In this document: positions 1 through 9,051 of the stretch, piece by piece
How positions within the stretch are numbered: the stretch's first letter is position 1
Layout: each line of letters opens with the position of its first letter
Virus record (IMG/VR): IMGVR_UViG_3300033475_000115
Location: 1-30,525 of that record
Source: a virus
Taxonomy: Duplodnaviria > Caudoviricetes
DNA: 30,525 bases
Direction: 5' to 3' (one strand)
Notes under the pieces: model-generated
The model's input: the letters and a program-made list of their open reading frames with translations, nothing else
What the model was told of the DNA's origin: nothing
The model's database searches: none
Program-made: the position numbers and the translations under genes

Positions 1-2857
1 TGTCGGCGAACTCCTTTTCATTCACCATCTGGCTGATGGCATACTGATAAAAATTCGCCCCGTTGACTTTCATCGTCGTCGGAGGGGCCGACAATGGGGC
101 GCCTGTGAAAATCTGGTCTATCGTCGCACCGCCGTAAGCCCACGAAGAGAAGCACACATCATAGTCCGGGTTTGATTCGTAGAGCTGGCGTAAAAAGCCA
201 AAAATGGAACCCTCTGAAGCCGAACTCAGGTTTGGGATGGCAACCTCCTGCTGACCATAGGAGTTTAGAACATTCCGCATGCCCTCAACCGGAGCCACGG
301 GAGAATTAGTATTGCGGATGCCATACCAACCCACAGGTGCCCAATTTCCAGCAGTTGGGTTGTAGAAAACATTGTTGGTTCCAGCGGTTGTGCCACCACC
401 CCAACCTTCGGGTGTGGTCCAGCCGTCAACCACTGAGGTTGCAGGAGCGCCGTCTGCATTGCTTTGCCCAGCCAACATCACAGGCAGCAACTTCCGTTTG
501 GCTTGGATGCGCGGGAGTCCATAAATGCCCGCCAGGGCATCATGCACTCGACGAAACATCGGGTAGCTGAAATCCTTTACCCCGACCGTGGCTTTGTAAG
601 TTCCGAACCCCAGCTTCCCCATGAGCATGCCGGATAGATCATCGCCAGCCAGCAGGGTGGAATAGCTCGGCACATACGCGGAGGTGATTATCCGCCCGTC
701 GCAGTAAATGCGTATCCAAGAGCCGTCAAAAGTCATGGCGATCAGCCTAAAGCTGTCGGAGGACAAGAGATCGGGCCTGATGTTATTTTGGTAGCTCGTC
801 AGATAGGTTGTTGACCCCTCATATTGAAAGGTGAACAAGCTTCCTTGGTTGCCGTAAATCGTCGGTCCATTTGAGTCGGCGTTTCGGATATTTAAAAATC
901 GCGAAGGACTCACATAAGGCCCGTCGTAATTGGCTAGAAGGTATGGATCGACAGGAAACCAACCATCGGTGCCGATCGGATAAAGTTGATAATAGTATTT
1001 ATTGTCGTCGAGAGTGCGGGCGATGGTGAACGGCGGATAGGAGGTGTCCGCGTGCATCGCAGTGGCGTCGGCGAAAGTGACGTCAACCGACAGGTGATTA
1101 TTCACCACCCAAAAGAGAGAAAACTTCTTGGTGGAAGTATCATTCAAAGCGCCTCCGTAGGTGAAGTAAGCTTGTGCATTTGTGCTCACACCATCGGTCA
1201 CGAGTTGGGGTTGATAGCGTCCCCACGCATGAGAGAAAAATGCCGTTGTATCGGTGCGGGTCAGATCATTTCCAGCTGGGTCTGCAGAATACCATTTGTC
1301 CAAAAGATCGGGGGCGGTTTCCAATTTGAAGCAGCCACGATCGAGCGCGAGGACCGAGCAGGCGGGCATGCTGTCGCCGATGGCGTCGATCACGCGGGCG
1401 TGGGAATACACATCGAAACGGTCCCAATCCACATCGGAGCCGAGCGCGATCAGACGATCCACGAAGGCGCGCAGGTATTTGTTTCCAGCGATGGACTTGA
1501 TGGCGCTGTGCGAGAGCTTGGCGAACTCGATGGAGTTGTCGGGGATGGTGGTAGGCGCAGCAGGCTGACGAAGCCAAGTAGTGCCGTTGCTCACGATGTA
1601 ATCGCCGTAAAGGTAGGTGCCGTCCGCATTGGTTCCGGAGGCGGTTCCGGGGACATTTACAAAATAGGAGTATTTGTCATTTCCACCGGAGGCGGCGGGA
1701 ATGGTGGGGGTATCAGTCGTGGGGTCCCAAACGCCTTGATAGATCGTCCCGAGTGGATATGCAGCGAGTGCGGCTTGCGCCTCGACGTTGCTGAGATCCG
1801 CAGCAGCCGCACCCACATCGGAGGCGGTGAGTGTGATCGAGCTGCTAAGAGCCTTGGAATTGACGGTGGTTGTCTTGGGGACGAGGAGCGCTTCGGCAGC
1901 GGTGGCGCGGGAGGTCTCGGTGGAGATCGCGGTGGCGTTGGTCGAGCTGGCGCTGGCGTTGGCGGTGAGCTGGGTCTGGATCGCGCTGGTGACGTTGTGC
2001 ACATAGCCCAGCTCGGTGGCGGTGGTGGTGCCGATGCTCGTGGTGGAGGGCAGCACGGCAGTGCCGGTGACAGTGGGACTGGTGAGCGTGGGGCTGGTGA
2101 GGGTTTTGTTGGTCAGCGTCTGTGAATCGCTGCTGCCGACGACGGTGCCACTGGGGGCGGTTTTTGCGCCCCATGAATCGATGGTGCTTCCGTTGGTGAG
2201 ACCGAGACCAGCGGCGGTGAGCGTAGATGCCGTGAGAAGGCTGCGTCCGTTGCTGGTGGTGGTGAGCGCGGCGATGCTCGTGAGGTCGCTGTCGAGGGGC
2301 TGGTAGGCAGTCGCATCAGTGTAGGCGGCCGTGCCGAGCGTGCCGCCGGCGCCGATGGCGAGCGTGCTGCCATCGGTCGCGGTCAACGTGAGGGTATTGG
2401 ATGCGGTGAGGGTCTTGCCGCTGGCGATGACGAGCGTGCCGGCGTAGGGCGTCTTGCCGCTCCAGGTGTCGAGATTGGCGGACCAGGCTTCGACATTAGT
2501 GCCGATCACGAGGCCGAGGGTCGTGCGGGTGGCGGCGGCATCGGCCTGCGTGAGCAGCGAGCGGCCGAAGGTCGTGGTGGTGAGTGCGGCGATGCTGGTG
2601 AGGTCGCTATCGAGGGGTTGCGCATCGGTGATGCCGTAGCCGGTGAGGGTCGTGGGCGTGCCGGTGAGCTTTGACCAATCAATCGAACTGGAGCCAAAGA
2701 CGACGGTCGCAGCCGAGAGATCGACGGTGGATCCGCTCGCGGCGGTGAAGGTGGTGCCGGCGGCGAGCGTGGTGTTGCCGATCAGCGTGCTGGCTGCTTG
2801 GGCTCGACCGGAAAAGAGAACGAGAAAGAGAACGAAGAAAGAGAACGAGTTTTTCAT
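1..2857 (-). CDS. Tail fibre / receptor-binding protein (>952 aa, 3' end outside window) with fibre repeats, LamG-like domain and SGNH (SASA-type) esterase domain
   Basis: Manually translated from ATG 2857 with no stop to the window edge. Motifs: PTTLTGYGITDA, QTLTNKTLTSP, TELGYVHNVTSAIQTQL, TVNSKALSSSITLTASDVGA, YQGVWDPTTDTP, LIAMTFDGSWIRIYCDG (about 695-745), VMLAGQSNADG (about 449-481), AYGGATI. Confidence 0.85.
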   Translation of the reverse strand, partial: MKNSFSFFVLFLVLFSGRAQAASTLIGNTTLAAGTTFTAASGSTVDLSAATVVFGSSSIDWSKLTGTPTTLTGYGITDAQPLDSDLTSIAALTTTTFGRSLLTQADAAATRTTLGLVIGTNVEAWSANLDTWSGKTPYAGTLVIASGKTLTASNTLTLTATDGSTLAIGAGGTLGTAAYTDATAYQPLDSDLTSIAALTTTSNGRSLLTASTLTAAGLGLTNGSTIDSWGAKTAPSGTVVGSSDSQTLTNKTLTSPTLTSPTVTGTAVLPSTTSIGTTTATELGYVHNVTSAIQTQLTANASASSTNATAISTETSRATAAEALLVPKTTTVNSKALSSSITLTASDVGAAAADLSNVEAQAALAAYPLGTIYQGVWDPTTDTPTIPAASGGNDKYSYFVNVPGTASGTNADGTYLYGDYIVSNGTTWLRQPAAPTTIPDNSIEFAKLSHSAIKSIAGNKYLRAFVDRLIALGSDVDWDRFDVYSHARVIDAIGDSMPACSVLALDRGCFKLETAPDLLDKWYSADPAGNDLTRTDTTAFFSHAWGRYQPQLVTDGVSTNAQAYFTYGGALNDTSTKKFSLFWVVNNHLSVDVTFADATAMHADTSYPPFTIARTLDDNKYYYQLYPIGTDGWFPVDPYLLANYDGPYVSPSRFLNIRNADSNGPTIYGNQGSLFTFQYEGSTTYLTSYQNNIRPDLLSSDSFRLIAMTFDGSWIRIYCDGRIITSAYVPSYSTLLAGDDLSGMLMGKLGFGTYKATVGVKDFSYPMFRRVHDALAGIYGLPRIQAKRKLLPVMLAGQSNADGAPATSVVDGWTTPEGWGGGTTAGTNNVFYNPTAGNWAPVGWYGIRNTNSPVAPVEGMRNVLNSYGQQEVAIPNLSSASEGSIFGFLRQLYESNPDYDVCFSSWAYGGATIDQIFTGAPLSAPPTTMKVNGANFYQYAISQMVNEKEFAD
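2231..2620 (-). repeat. Internal 24-codon duplication in the tail fibre
   Basis: QPLDSDLTSIAALTTT(T/S)(F/N)GRSLLT is encoded at about 2549-2620 and 2231-2302. Confidence 0.85.
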
Positions 2858-2882
2858 GGCGGAAAAAAAGTGGGCGGAGTGA

Positions 2883-3581
2883 TCAGGTGCCGAAGGCGAT
2901 CCAGCTGAGGACGTAGCCGTCGACGGGAAGCGGCGCGGCGAAGTCGACGATGAAGCCGGTGTTGGTGGCTTGGCCGCGCAGCGCACGGCCGACGATGGGC
3001 TGGCCGGAAACAGGGATGAGCTCGACGTAAACCTGCGGGCTGCCCTCATACGGAGATGCGAAGGTGATGGCCGCGCTGGTGGCACCGGCCAAGAGGGTGA
3101 GATAGTTTTTTTTCACGGTGACTCCCAGTTCGGGATAGTAGGTTGATTCCGGGTCTGCGCCCGGAGAGATGGAGATGGTGGTCGGCAGAAAAACGCTCCC
3201 GACGAAGTGGTAGCTGACGAGGAGGCTCTGCCCTTTGAGCGAGCCGGCCGCGAAGCTGACGCCCTGGAAGGCGGGACCTGTGAGGCGGAGATTGAGAGAC
3301 GGGTCGTCATCGTCGGCGCACTGCACGATGAATAGGCCGGTGTCGGGCAGATCGTTTTGATGGGTGAGCTCGAAGTAGGCGGCATCGGCCGCCGTATCGA
3401 AGAAGCGCTCGACCGTGAAGGTGAAGTCGACCGAGCGGTTGCCACGCGAGAGGAACAACGTGTAGAGCGCGCGCGGGAGCTGCACGGTCTGCACGAGCTG
3501 CTGGCCGTTGAGCCCGAGATCTCGCGGCGGGGCGAGAAACCCATCCGCCGCGAGCGTGGTGCCTGAATATGCGATGCGCAC
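2883..3581 (-). CDS. Putative tail structural protein with a fibre-tip/lectin-like C-terminal domain
   Basis: Lies between tube and fibre genes. C-terminus ITFASPY..PQVYV...TNTGF...SWIAFG resembles phage fibre C-terminal beta domains. Confidence 0.55.
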   Translation of the reverse strand: MRIAYSGTTLAADGFLAPPRDLGLNGQQLVQTVQLPRALYTLFLSRGNRSVDFTFTVERFFDTAADAAYFELTHQNDLPDTGLFIVQCADDDDPSLNLRLTGPAFQGVSFAAGSLKGQSLLVSYHFVGSVFLPTTISISPGADPESTYYPELGVTVKKNYLTLLAGATSAAITFASPYEGSPQVYVELIPVSGQPIVGRALRGQATNTGFIVDFAAPLPVDGYVLSWIAFGT

Positions 3582-3593
3582 ACGTTTGTGTTT

Positions 3594-4784
3594 TTAAGCG
3601 TCGGGATCGGTGGCGCCCACGGCCCAGAGGGGATTGGCCGCTCCGGTCGTGTAGGTGCGCGAGGCCGTCCAGGTGAGCTCTCCGGCGCGGTCTTCCTTGG
3701 CATCGAAGTTGACCGGCGGATTCTTGAGGAAGGCACCGTAGAGCGACACGTAGAGGCCGGTGCCGGAGACCTTGAGCACATCGGTGCCGGAGAGGCTGCG
3801 ACCACGGCCGGCGCCGGAACCCTGGAGGCCGAGCTTGGCGAAGATGTCGTCGGCGCCGATGTTGAGCGGGCGCGCGGTGAGCGTGGCGGCGAGCTGGGTG
3901 ATGCGCCGCGAGCAGATGCCGCCGGTGTCATCCATCACCGGATCGGTAGTGAGCGGGAAGCTGCACTTGATGCCTGCCTTGGTGCTCATGGCCGCCCAAG
4001 GTGCGGTCGATCCCCAGGAGAAGTCGTAGGCCTGGGTGATGATGTCGGCGGGATTGAAGCTCGTGTCGGTCACGGCGCCGGTGGTCTTGGTGTAGAGCGC
4101 GGCGGCATCGGTGGGAGCAGTGGAGAACTTGCGGAAGCACTCGAAGGTGACATCGCCGATCACCGTCTGGATCGCGCTGGCCATGAGGTCGGGCATAGCG
4201 GGCAGAGTGGAGTTGTGGAAGGTGTAGATATCGCCATCGAAGGACTGCACGACGAGCGGCTCCTGCTCGATGATACGATGGGTGCCGGTGCCGGCATCGG
4301 TGATATCGACCGTGTTGGTGCCGGCGGCGGCATCGGCAGCGGTGGGATGCAGGGTGAACGTATCGGCCGAGAGCTTCTTGAGGTAGTAGAGCGTGGCGGC
4401 GGAAGTGCCGGCAGGCAGCACGCCGAAGGAGGCGAGACGCACCGGGGCACCATCGCGGAAGCCGTGGGCGGTGAGCGTCACGATATCGGTGGCGGTATCG
4501 ATGGAGCCGAGGGTCTTGGCGTGGTGGATCAACGAGCCGAGCGCGGCGAGCGCGTAGGGCCAGAGGATCGAGAGCGCGTCGAGACGGCCCACGGGGGTGA
4601 ACTTCACCTCCATGGAGAGGTTGCTCTCGCGCTCCTGGATCACGCCATCACGGGCGCTCTCGACGTTGAAGGTTTCGATCTTCTGGGTGACAGTGACATT
4701 CCCCTTGGAATAAAAGGTCTTGCCGCGCGTCATGATGAGGGCGGGACCGGCGATGGTGAGGGCGGGATTCAGTGGCGTAGGCAT
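3594..4784 (-). CDS. Probable major tail (tube) protein with inserted small beta domain
   Basis: Position after head-tail joining genes; Thr/Ala/Gly-rich. Insert HGFRDGAPV...LPAGTSAATLYYL...TFTLH resembles FCCH-like domains of phage structural proteins. Confidence 0.6.
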   Translation of the reverse strand: MPTPLNPALTIAGPALIMTRGKTFYSKGNVTVTQKIETFNVESARDGVIQERESNLSMEVKFTPVGRLDALSILWPYALAALGSLIHHAKTLGSIDTATDIVTLTAHGFRDGAPVRLASFGVLPAGTSAATLYYLKKLSADTFTLHPTAADAAAGTNTVDITDAGTGTHRIIEQEPLVVQSFDGDIYTFHNSTLPAMPDLMASAIQTVIGDVTFECFRKFSTAPTDAAALYTKTTGAVTDTSFNPADIITQAYDFSWGSTAPWAAMSTKAGIKCSFPLTTDPVMDDTGGICSRRITQLAATLTARPLNIGADDIFAKLGLQGSGAGRGRSLSGTDVLKVSGTGLYVSLYGAFLKNPPVNFDAKEDRAGELTWTASRTYTTGAANPLWAVGATDPDA

Positions 4785-4790
4785 GGGAGG

Positions 4791-4825
4791 AAGAGCTTAG
4801 AGCTAAGAGCCAGGAGCTGAGAGCC
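4791..4825. repeat. Degenerate heptamer tandem repeat (GAGAGCT family), intergenic
   Basis: aagagct tagagct aagagcc aggagct gagagcc. Confidence 0.75.
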
Positions 4826-4852
4826 CCGGCAGGTTGGATTTCAGATTTCGGA

Positions 4853-5566
4853 TCAGGTGATGGAGAGTTGGACTACGTCGCTGGGGAGCAGGCCGTCCTT
4901 CTGGGCGGCGGCGCGCACGGTGGCGGCGGCTTCGAGGGTGACGGCACCGGTGTAGAGCGTGGCGGTGGTGTTGCCGGAGCCGGGATAGGTGCCGTCGGTC
5001 GTGTAATAGATCGCGGCGCCGGCCGTGGCGCAGGAGAGCGTGAAGGCGAGCGAGCCGCCGGCAGTGATGGCCGGGCGGGCGACTTTGGGGACGGGTTGCA
5101 GGCCGCTCTTGACCGAGAAACTCACATCCACCGTCACACGTGGATCGAACGCATCGGTGGGCACCATCGAAGAAAAGAGCAGGATGTTTCCCCCGAAGGG
5201 CGTGAACTGGTGGCCGAGCTGGATACAGTGCTCGGCGATCTCCTCGGCGGTCTTGCCAGTGCCGACCGGCCCGAGATTGATCGGCACGATCTCCTGGATG
5301 CGCACGGTGAGCAGGACATCCAGCCTCGGGCCGGGCACGTTGGGATCGAGCTGGTCGCTGGCGGGCATGAGCACCTGCACCGAAGCGCCGGCCTTCCCTG
5401 CCTTCTTCTTGATGCCGCCCAGCACCTGCTCGATCTGCTCGTAGATCTGCGCGAAGCCGGCCTTGGCGCGCGGGCGGATGAGCGATACCTCGATATCCGC
5501 GAAGAACGAGTCGCTCAAATAGCGGGTGTAAAGATCGAGCTGTAGGCGTTCGTGCAGGCTGCTCAT
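4853..5566 (-). CDS. Putative tail terminator/neck protein with C-terminal chitobiase/Fn3-associated (CHB_HEX_C-like) domain
   Basis: Synteny. C-terminal LSCATAGAAIYYTTDGTYP...YTGAVTL...TVRAAA...SDV is the typical Fn3-associated motif. Confidence 0.65.
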   Translation of the reverse strand: MSSLHERLQLDLYTRYLSDSFFADIEVSLIRPRAKAGFAQIYEQIEQVLGGIKKKAGKAGASVQVLMPASDQLDPNVPGPRLDVLLTVRIQEIVPINLGPVGTGKTAEEIAEHCIQLGHQFTPFGGNILLFSSMVPTDAFDPRVTVDVSFSVKSGLQPVPKVARPAITAGGSLAFTLSCATAGAAIYYTTDGTYPGSGNTTATLYTGAVTLEAAATVRAAAQKDGLLPSDVVQLSIT

Positions 5567-6117
5567 GATGCGGCGCCGGCAGGCGGATTGAAGGCTTGGA
5601 CGACGGCCGTGGAGAGTGCCTGCCCGATGCGCGGCAGGCGGTCTTCGAGGCCACGGCGAAAAGGAGCACGCGCAGGGAAATTGATCGTATAGGACTTGAT
5701 GGCGCCACGGATGCCGCTCTGCGTCTTCACGAGCCCGCGCCCGCGGCGCTCGTAGCGGTCGAAGGCGATGATGCGGCGCTTGTGCGCCTTCACCTGAAAC
5801 GCGCCGCCGTATTCATGGATGGCGGCATACTTCACGTTGCTGCCGATGGAGGCAGTGATGACGTTGCCGGCGATCTGGGCTGGAGCCTGCCAGACGGATT
5901 GACGCAGACGATTGGTGCGCACGCCCAGGCGGCCATCGGCGGCGGGAAACGGCCCCTTTCCGGTGAGCCGATCCTTTTGAATATGACCCACTGCCAGCCC
6001 CAGCTCGTAGTTGAGCGTGGTGCGCACCGCTTTGAGCAGGTTCATGGGGAACTGCTGCGCATTGGCGAGGAGCGCCTGCGCTTTCGGGCTGAGAGTGATC
6101 TGGAGGTCAACGGCCAT
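5563..6117 (-). CDS. Virion morphogenesis / tail completion protein (Mu gpG, HK97 gp10-like)
   Basis: IGSNVKYAAIHEYGG ... PARAPF motif; basic protein in the neck region. Confidence 0.8.
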   Translation of the reverse strand: MAVDLQITLSPKAQALLANAQQFPMNLLKAVRTTLNYELGLAVGHIQKDRLTGKGPFPAADGRLGVRTNRLRQSVWQAPAQIAGNVITASIGSNVKYAAIHEYGGAFQVKAHKRRIIAFDRYERRGRGLVKTQSGIRGAIKSYTINFPARAPFRRGLEDRLPRIGQALSTAVVQAFNPPAGAAS

Positions 6118-6120
6118 GGC

Positions 6121-6756
6121 TCAGATGATCGCGAAGCGGATGTGGTCCTTGAGCATCTGCTGCACGAGGGGGATGAGATCGACGGTGCCGAGATCGTTGG
6201 TGAGGCGTTTTTCCTCGGGCTTGGCGCCCAAAGAGAGGCCGAGCTTGTCGCGCCGCGACCACACGTATTCGCATTGGATGATCCACGCGGAGCGGATCGC
6301 CTCGGGCAGCGCGGCGGAGCCATCGGGCTGCGTGGTGGGATAGCCGTCATCGGTCGGCTCCAAGGTTTCCCAGAAGTAGCCGCCCGTGTAGGTGACACGC
6401 GCCTGACCGTGTTTATCGGTGAGATAGTTGGAGAGATCGAGCAGGCCGGCATCGGCGCTCCAGTTGTAGAGGGCGCCGAGGCCATCGACCCAATCGGTAG
6501 CGAGGCGCACCTTGTAATCGAGGGCGGTGACCGCTTCGACGGGATAGCGCGGGAGACTGATGAGGCGGCTATTGCCCGGCACGGTGAGCGTATCGGCCTC
6601 AACGCGGGCAAACTTGCGGTTGCAGAAACCCTCGACCAACCCGGCCACGCCCAAGCCCACGGCGGCGACGAGGGCGTCGTAGGTGATATCGCTGCGCAGC
6701 GATTCGTTGAGCAGCTGGATCTTGAGGGCGGTGAGGTTGGAGAAGCCGGCGTTCAT
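6121..6756 (-). CDS. Head-tail connector (gp6-like) protein
   Basis: VEGFCNRKF, LPRYPV, VTYTGGY, LPEAIRSA motifs; position downstream of the capsid gene. Confidence 0.75.
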   Translation of the reverse strand: MNAGFSNLTALKIQLLNESLRSDITYDALVAAVGLGVAGLVEGFCNRKFARVEADTLTVPGNSRLISLPRYPVEAVTALDYKVRLATDWVDGLGALYNWSADAGLLDLSNYLTDKHGQARVTYTGGYFWETLEPTDDGYPTTQPDGSAALPEAIRSAWIIQCEYVWSRRDKLGLSLGAKPEEKRLTNDLGTVDLIPLVQQMLKDHIRFAII

Positions 6757-6837
6757 GGGATCAGCGGGTCTTGATGGGAAACGGGCGCGGGGCGGGCTTG
6801 GGCATCGGGCGGGTGACGGTGGGCGGAGGCATGGCGT

Positions 6838-7533
6838 TCAGATCACGGCCACGGTGAAGAAGCAGTCTTCGCTGCCGGCGGTCTTGGTCGCGTAGGTGGA
6901 GGAGTTGCACACGGTGACGCCGTTTTCACAGGCGAGGCCGGTGGCGGGGAGCGGGATCTGGAAGTTGCTCGATCCCGGCACGGTGATGACCGCGAGGGGA
7001 ATGGCGGCGGCGATCTCGGTGACGCCCTGAGTATCCACGGCGACGGCGAGGCCGGAATCGCCAGCGGCGATATCGGTGCGGGCGCCGGTGGCGGCATCGG
7101 TGATCGTGACGACGTTGACGAGCGCGGTGGCGCCGAAGTCGGCGATGGCATCGATGGCGGCGGCGATGGCGGTCGCGATGGTGGAGACGCTGTCGCCGGT
7201 GGTGAGGGCGACCTCGATGCCGGTCTTGCCGTCGAGGGCGGGATCGGTGCCGCCGGCGTCGAGATTAAACCACACGTAGAAATCGCCGGAGGCGCCGGAG
7301 AGCAGGAAGTATTTGTCGCCCAGGCCGGCGGCGGTGAGGCCGGTGGTGTCCACGGTGGAAATCTCAGCGACGCCGGCGACGGCATCGGGCGGGACGTCGG
7401 CGGCATCGTGGAGCTGGATGAATTGGGCAGTGGCCTTGGCGTTGTAGCCGGCAATGTGGGTGACGACGCCACGACGCAGAGAGGCGACGAGGGCGGCGGC
7501 GGCGGCGAGGGAGGATTTTTGCGAGGCGATCAT
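6838..7533 (-). CDS. Putative capsid decoration/structural protein with internal inserted domain
   Basis: Directly after the capsid gene. N-terminal FIQLHDA and C-terminal G..CENGVTV beta-sandwich-like halves flank an Ala/Thr-rich insert (FYVWFN...IATAIAAAID). Confidence 0.5.
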   Translation of the reverse strand: MIASQKSSLAAAAALVASLRRGVVTHIAGYNAKATAQFIQLHDAADVPPDAVAGVAEISTVDTTGLTAAGLGDKYFLLSGASGDFYVWFNLDAGGTDPALDGKTGIEVALTTGDSVSTIATAIAAAIDAIADFGATALVNVVTITDAATGARTDIAAGDSGLAVAVDTQGVTEIAAAIPLAVITVPGSSNFQIPLPATGLACENGVTVCNSSTYATKTAGSEDCFFTVAVI

Positions 7534-7545
7534 GGTGGTCTTAGT

Positions 7546-7573
7546 TGAGAACTGAGAGTTGAGAGCTGAGAGA
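7546..7573. repeat. Heptamer tandem repeat (TGAGAGC)x4, intergenic
   Basis: tgagaac tgagagt tgagagc tgagaga. Confidence 0.8.
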
Positions 7574-7591
7574 CGGGCTTAAGGAGTTTCT

Positions 7592-7620
7592 AAAAAGTCC
7601 CCGCGCCCATGCGGGGGACT
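7592..7620 (-). terminator. Intrinsic terminator after the capsid gene
   Basis: Minus strand agtcccccgc-atgggc-gcggggact followed by a T run, just downstream of the capsid stop. Confidence 0.7.
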
Positions 7621-7643
7621 CGAAGAAACGCCTGGGCGTTTGG

Positions 7644-9020
7644 TTAGCTGGCGGAGCAGCGCAGACCGGCGACGGCCTTGGAGGCCATGAGGCCGACGGT
7701 GAAGCGCTCCAGGCCACGGATCAGAATCTCGTCGGTCGCGAAGCCGGCTTCGCGAGAGGTGTCCATGCGGACGGTGCCGCGCGGCGTGAGATACTGATAC
7801 GAGGCATCGCCGAAGAGCGCGTGAACCACGCTGACCGTGGCGCTGGTGGTGTAGGCCGGCATGATGTCGGTCCACACGATTTCGAAACCATCGAGCGTGG
7901 CGGGCGAAGTGCCGTTGGCGCGCTGATACGGGACGACCGTGGCCGACGTGTTGAACGTGACCAGGAGCGCCTCGTAGGTGGAGTGCATGTAATACTTCGA
8001 GCTGTTCAGCACGACACCGCTGAGGGTGGACTCGTTGCGCATGGCGCGGAAGTCGGCGAGGGTCGCCTGGCTGGGCTTGGTCTTGCCGGAGTTGGACGCG
8101 CCGCCTTGGTAAACATAGCAGGAGTCCGTGACCACAGCCTTGGCCAGACCCTCGCCCGTTCCGTTGACGCCTGAACCGGCGCCGGTGGAGAGGAAGAACT
8201 GGTAGTCTTCGCACTTGGCGATCTTGCGGGCGGCGTAGCGGGCGATGAACTGGCCCATGGCGACGATGCTGTCTTCGTCGATTTCGGAGGGCAGGCGGAT
8301 GAGGCCGCCGAATTTCTCGGCGGCGAACGTGACCCACGCGAAGCCAGGGCTGACTTCGGTGACGGTGCCGCTCATGCCGATGAGGCCCCAGTCGGTATCG
8401 GTGCCGAGTTTGGGCAGCTTGATGGTGCCGGCTCCCATCGGAAACACGGTGCCAACCTTGCGAGCCTGGCCATATTGGAAGACGAGTTCGACGACCTCGG
8501 CACCGTAATTGACGGGCAGCGGGATGTCGCTGGTCGTGAGCGCCGACTTCAGCTCCATGCCAAGGATGCCCTTGACCTGGCGCTCGATCATATCGAGCTG
8601 GTGCTGCTTGAGGTCGGCACCGGGCGTCTTGGCAGCAGCGATGAGGCCGATGGCGCCGAGGAACTTGGCGCAGTCGTCGGAGACCTCGCCACCACGACGG
8701 GCGCGCTGGTTACGGACCTCCAGCATCTGCTTGCGGAAGGTGTCGTTGGCCTGCTTCACCTCGTTGAGGATCTTGGTGAAGTCGTCCATGGCCTTCTGCT
8801 GGGCCTCCTGGGTTTTCTTCAGGTCGCCGACTTCGGCCATGCGCTGGTTGAGCAGCGTGAGGGATTTGGCGAGCTGTTGGTCGAGGGTGTCCTTGGGAGC
8901 ATCATCGGTGAGGGATAGCGAGAGCGGAGCCAGCGCGAGGCCGCCCGCGTTGGCGATGTTATGAGCGACGAGCAGCGTTGCGGCCGCGAGCCACTGGAAG
9001 AACAGAAGGAACTTTTTCAT
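7644..9020 (-). CDS. HK97-fold major capsid protein (458 aa from ATG 9020)
   Basis: Coiled-coil delta-like domain, then IPLPVNYGAEVVELV, VTFAAEKFGGLIRLPSEIDEDS, LFGD, GFATDEILIRGLERF. Start chosen at MKKFLL, downstream of the protease stop. Confidence 0.92.
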   Translation of the reverse strand: MKKFLLFFQWLAAATLLVAHNIANAGGLALAPLSLSLTDDAPKDTLDQQLAKSLTLLNQRMAEVGDLKKTQEAQQKAMDDFTKILNEVKQANDTFRKQMLEVRNQRARRGGEVSDDCAKFLGAIGLIAAAKTPGADLKQHQLDMIERQVKGILGMELKSALTTSDIPLPVNYGAEVVELVFQYGQARKVGTVFPMGAGTIKLPKLGTDTDWGLIGMSGTVTEVSPGFAWVTFAAEKFGGLIRLPSEIDEDSIVAMGQFIARYAARKIAKCEDYQFFLSTGAGSGVNGTGEGLAKAVVTDSCYVYQGGASNSGKTKPSQATLADFRAMRNESTLSGVVLNSSKYYMHSTYEALLVTFNTSATVVPYQRANGTSPATLDGFEIVWTDIMPAYTTSATVSVVHALFGDASYQYLTPRGTVRMDTSREAGFATDEILIRGLERFTVGLMASKAVAGLRCSAS

Positions 9021-9051
9021 GGTGGGAACTTGATGAACTGACGTTTTGGTT

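Noticed and set aside
986-2125. 379-aa plus-strand ORF, and similar plus-strand ORFs at 3588-4820, 5596-6774 and 12188-13411
   Set aside because: Mirror frames of real minus-strand structural genes.
1-2857. Diversity-generating retroelement or invertible fibre segment
   Set aside because: No reverse transcriptase, invertase or adenine-variant repeat pair in the window; the region left of position 1 is unseen.
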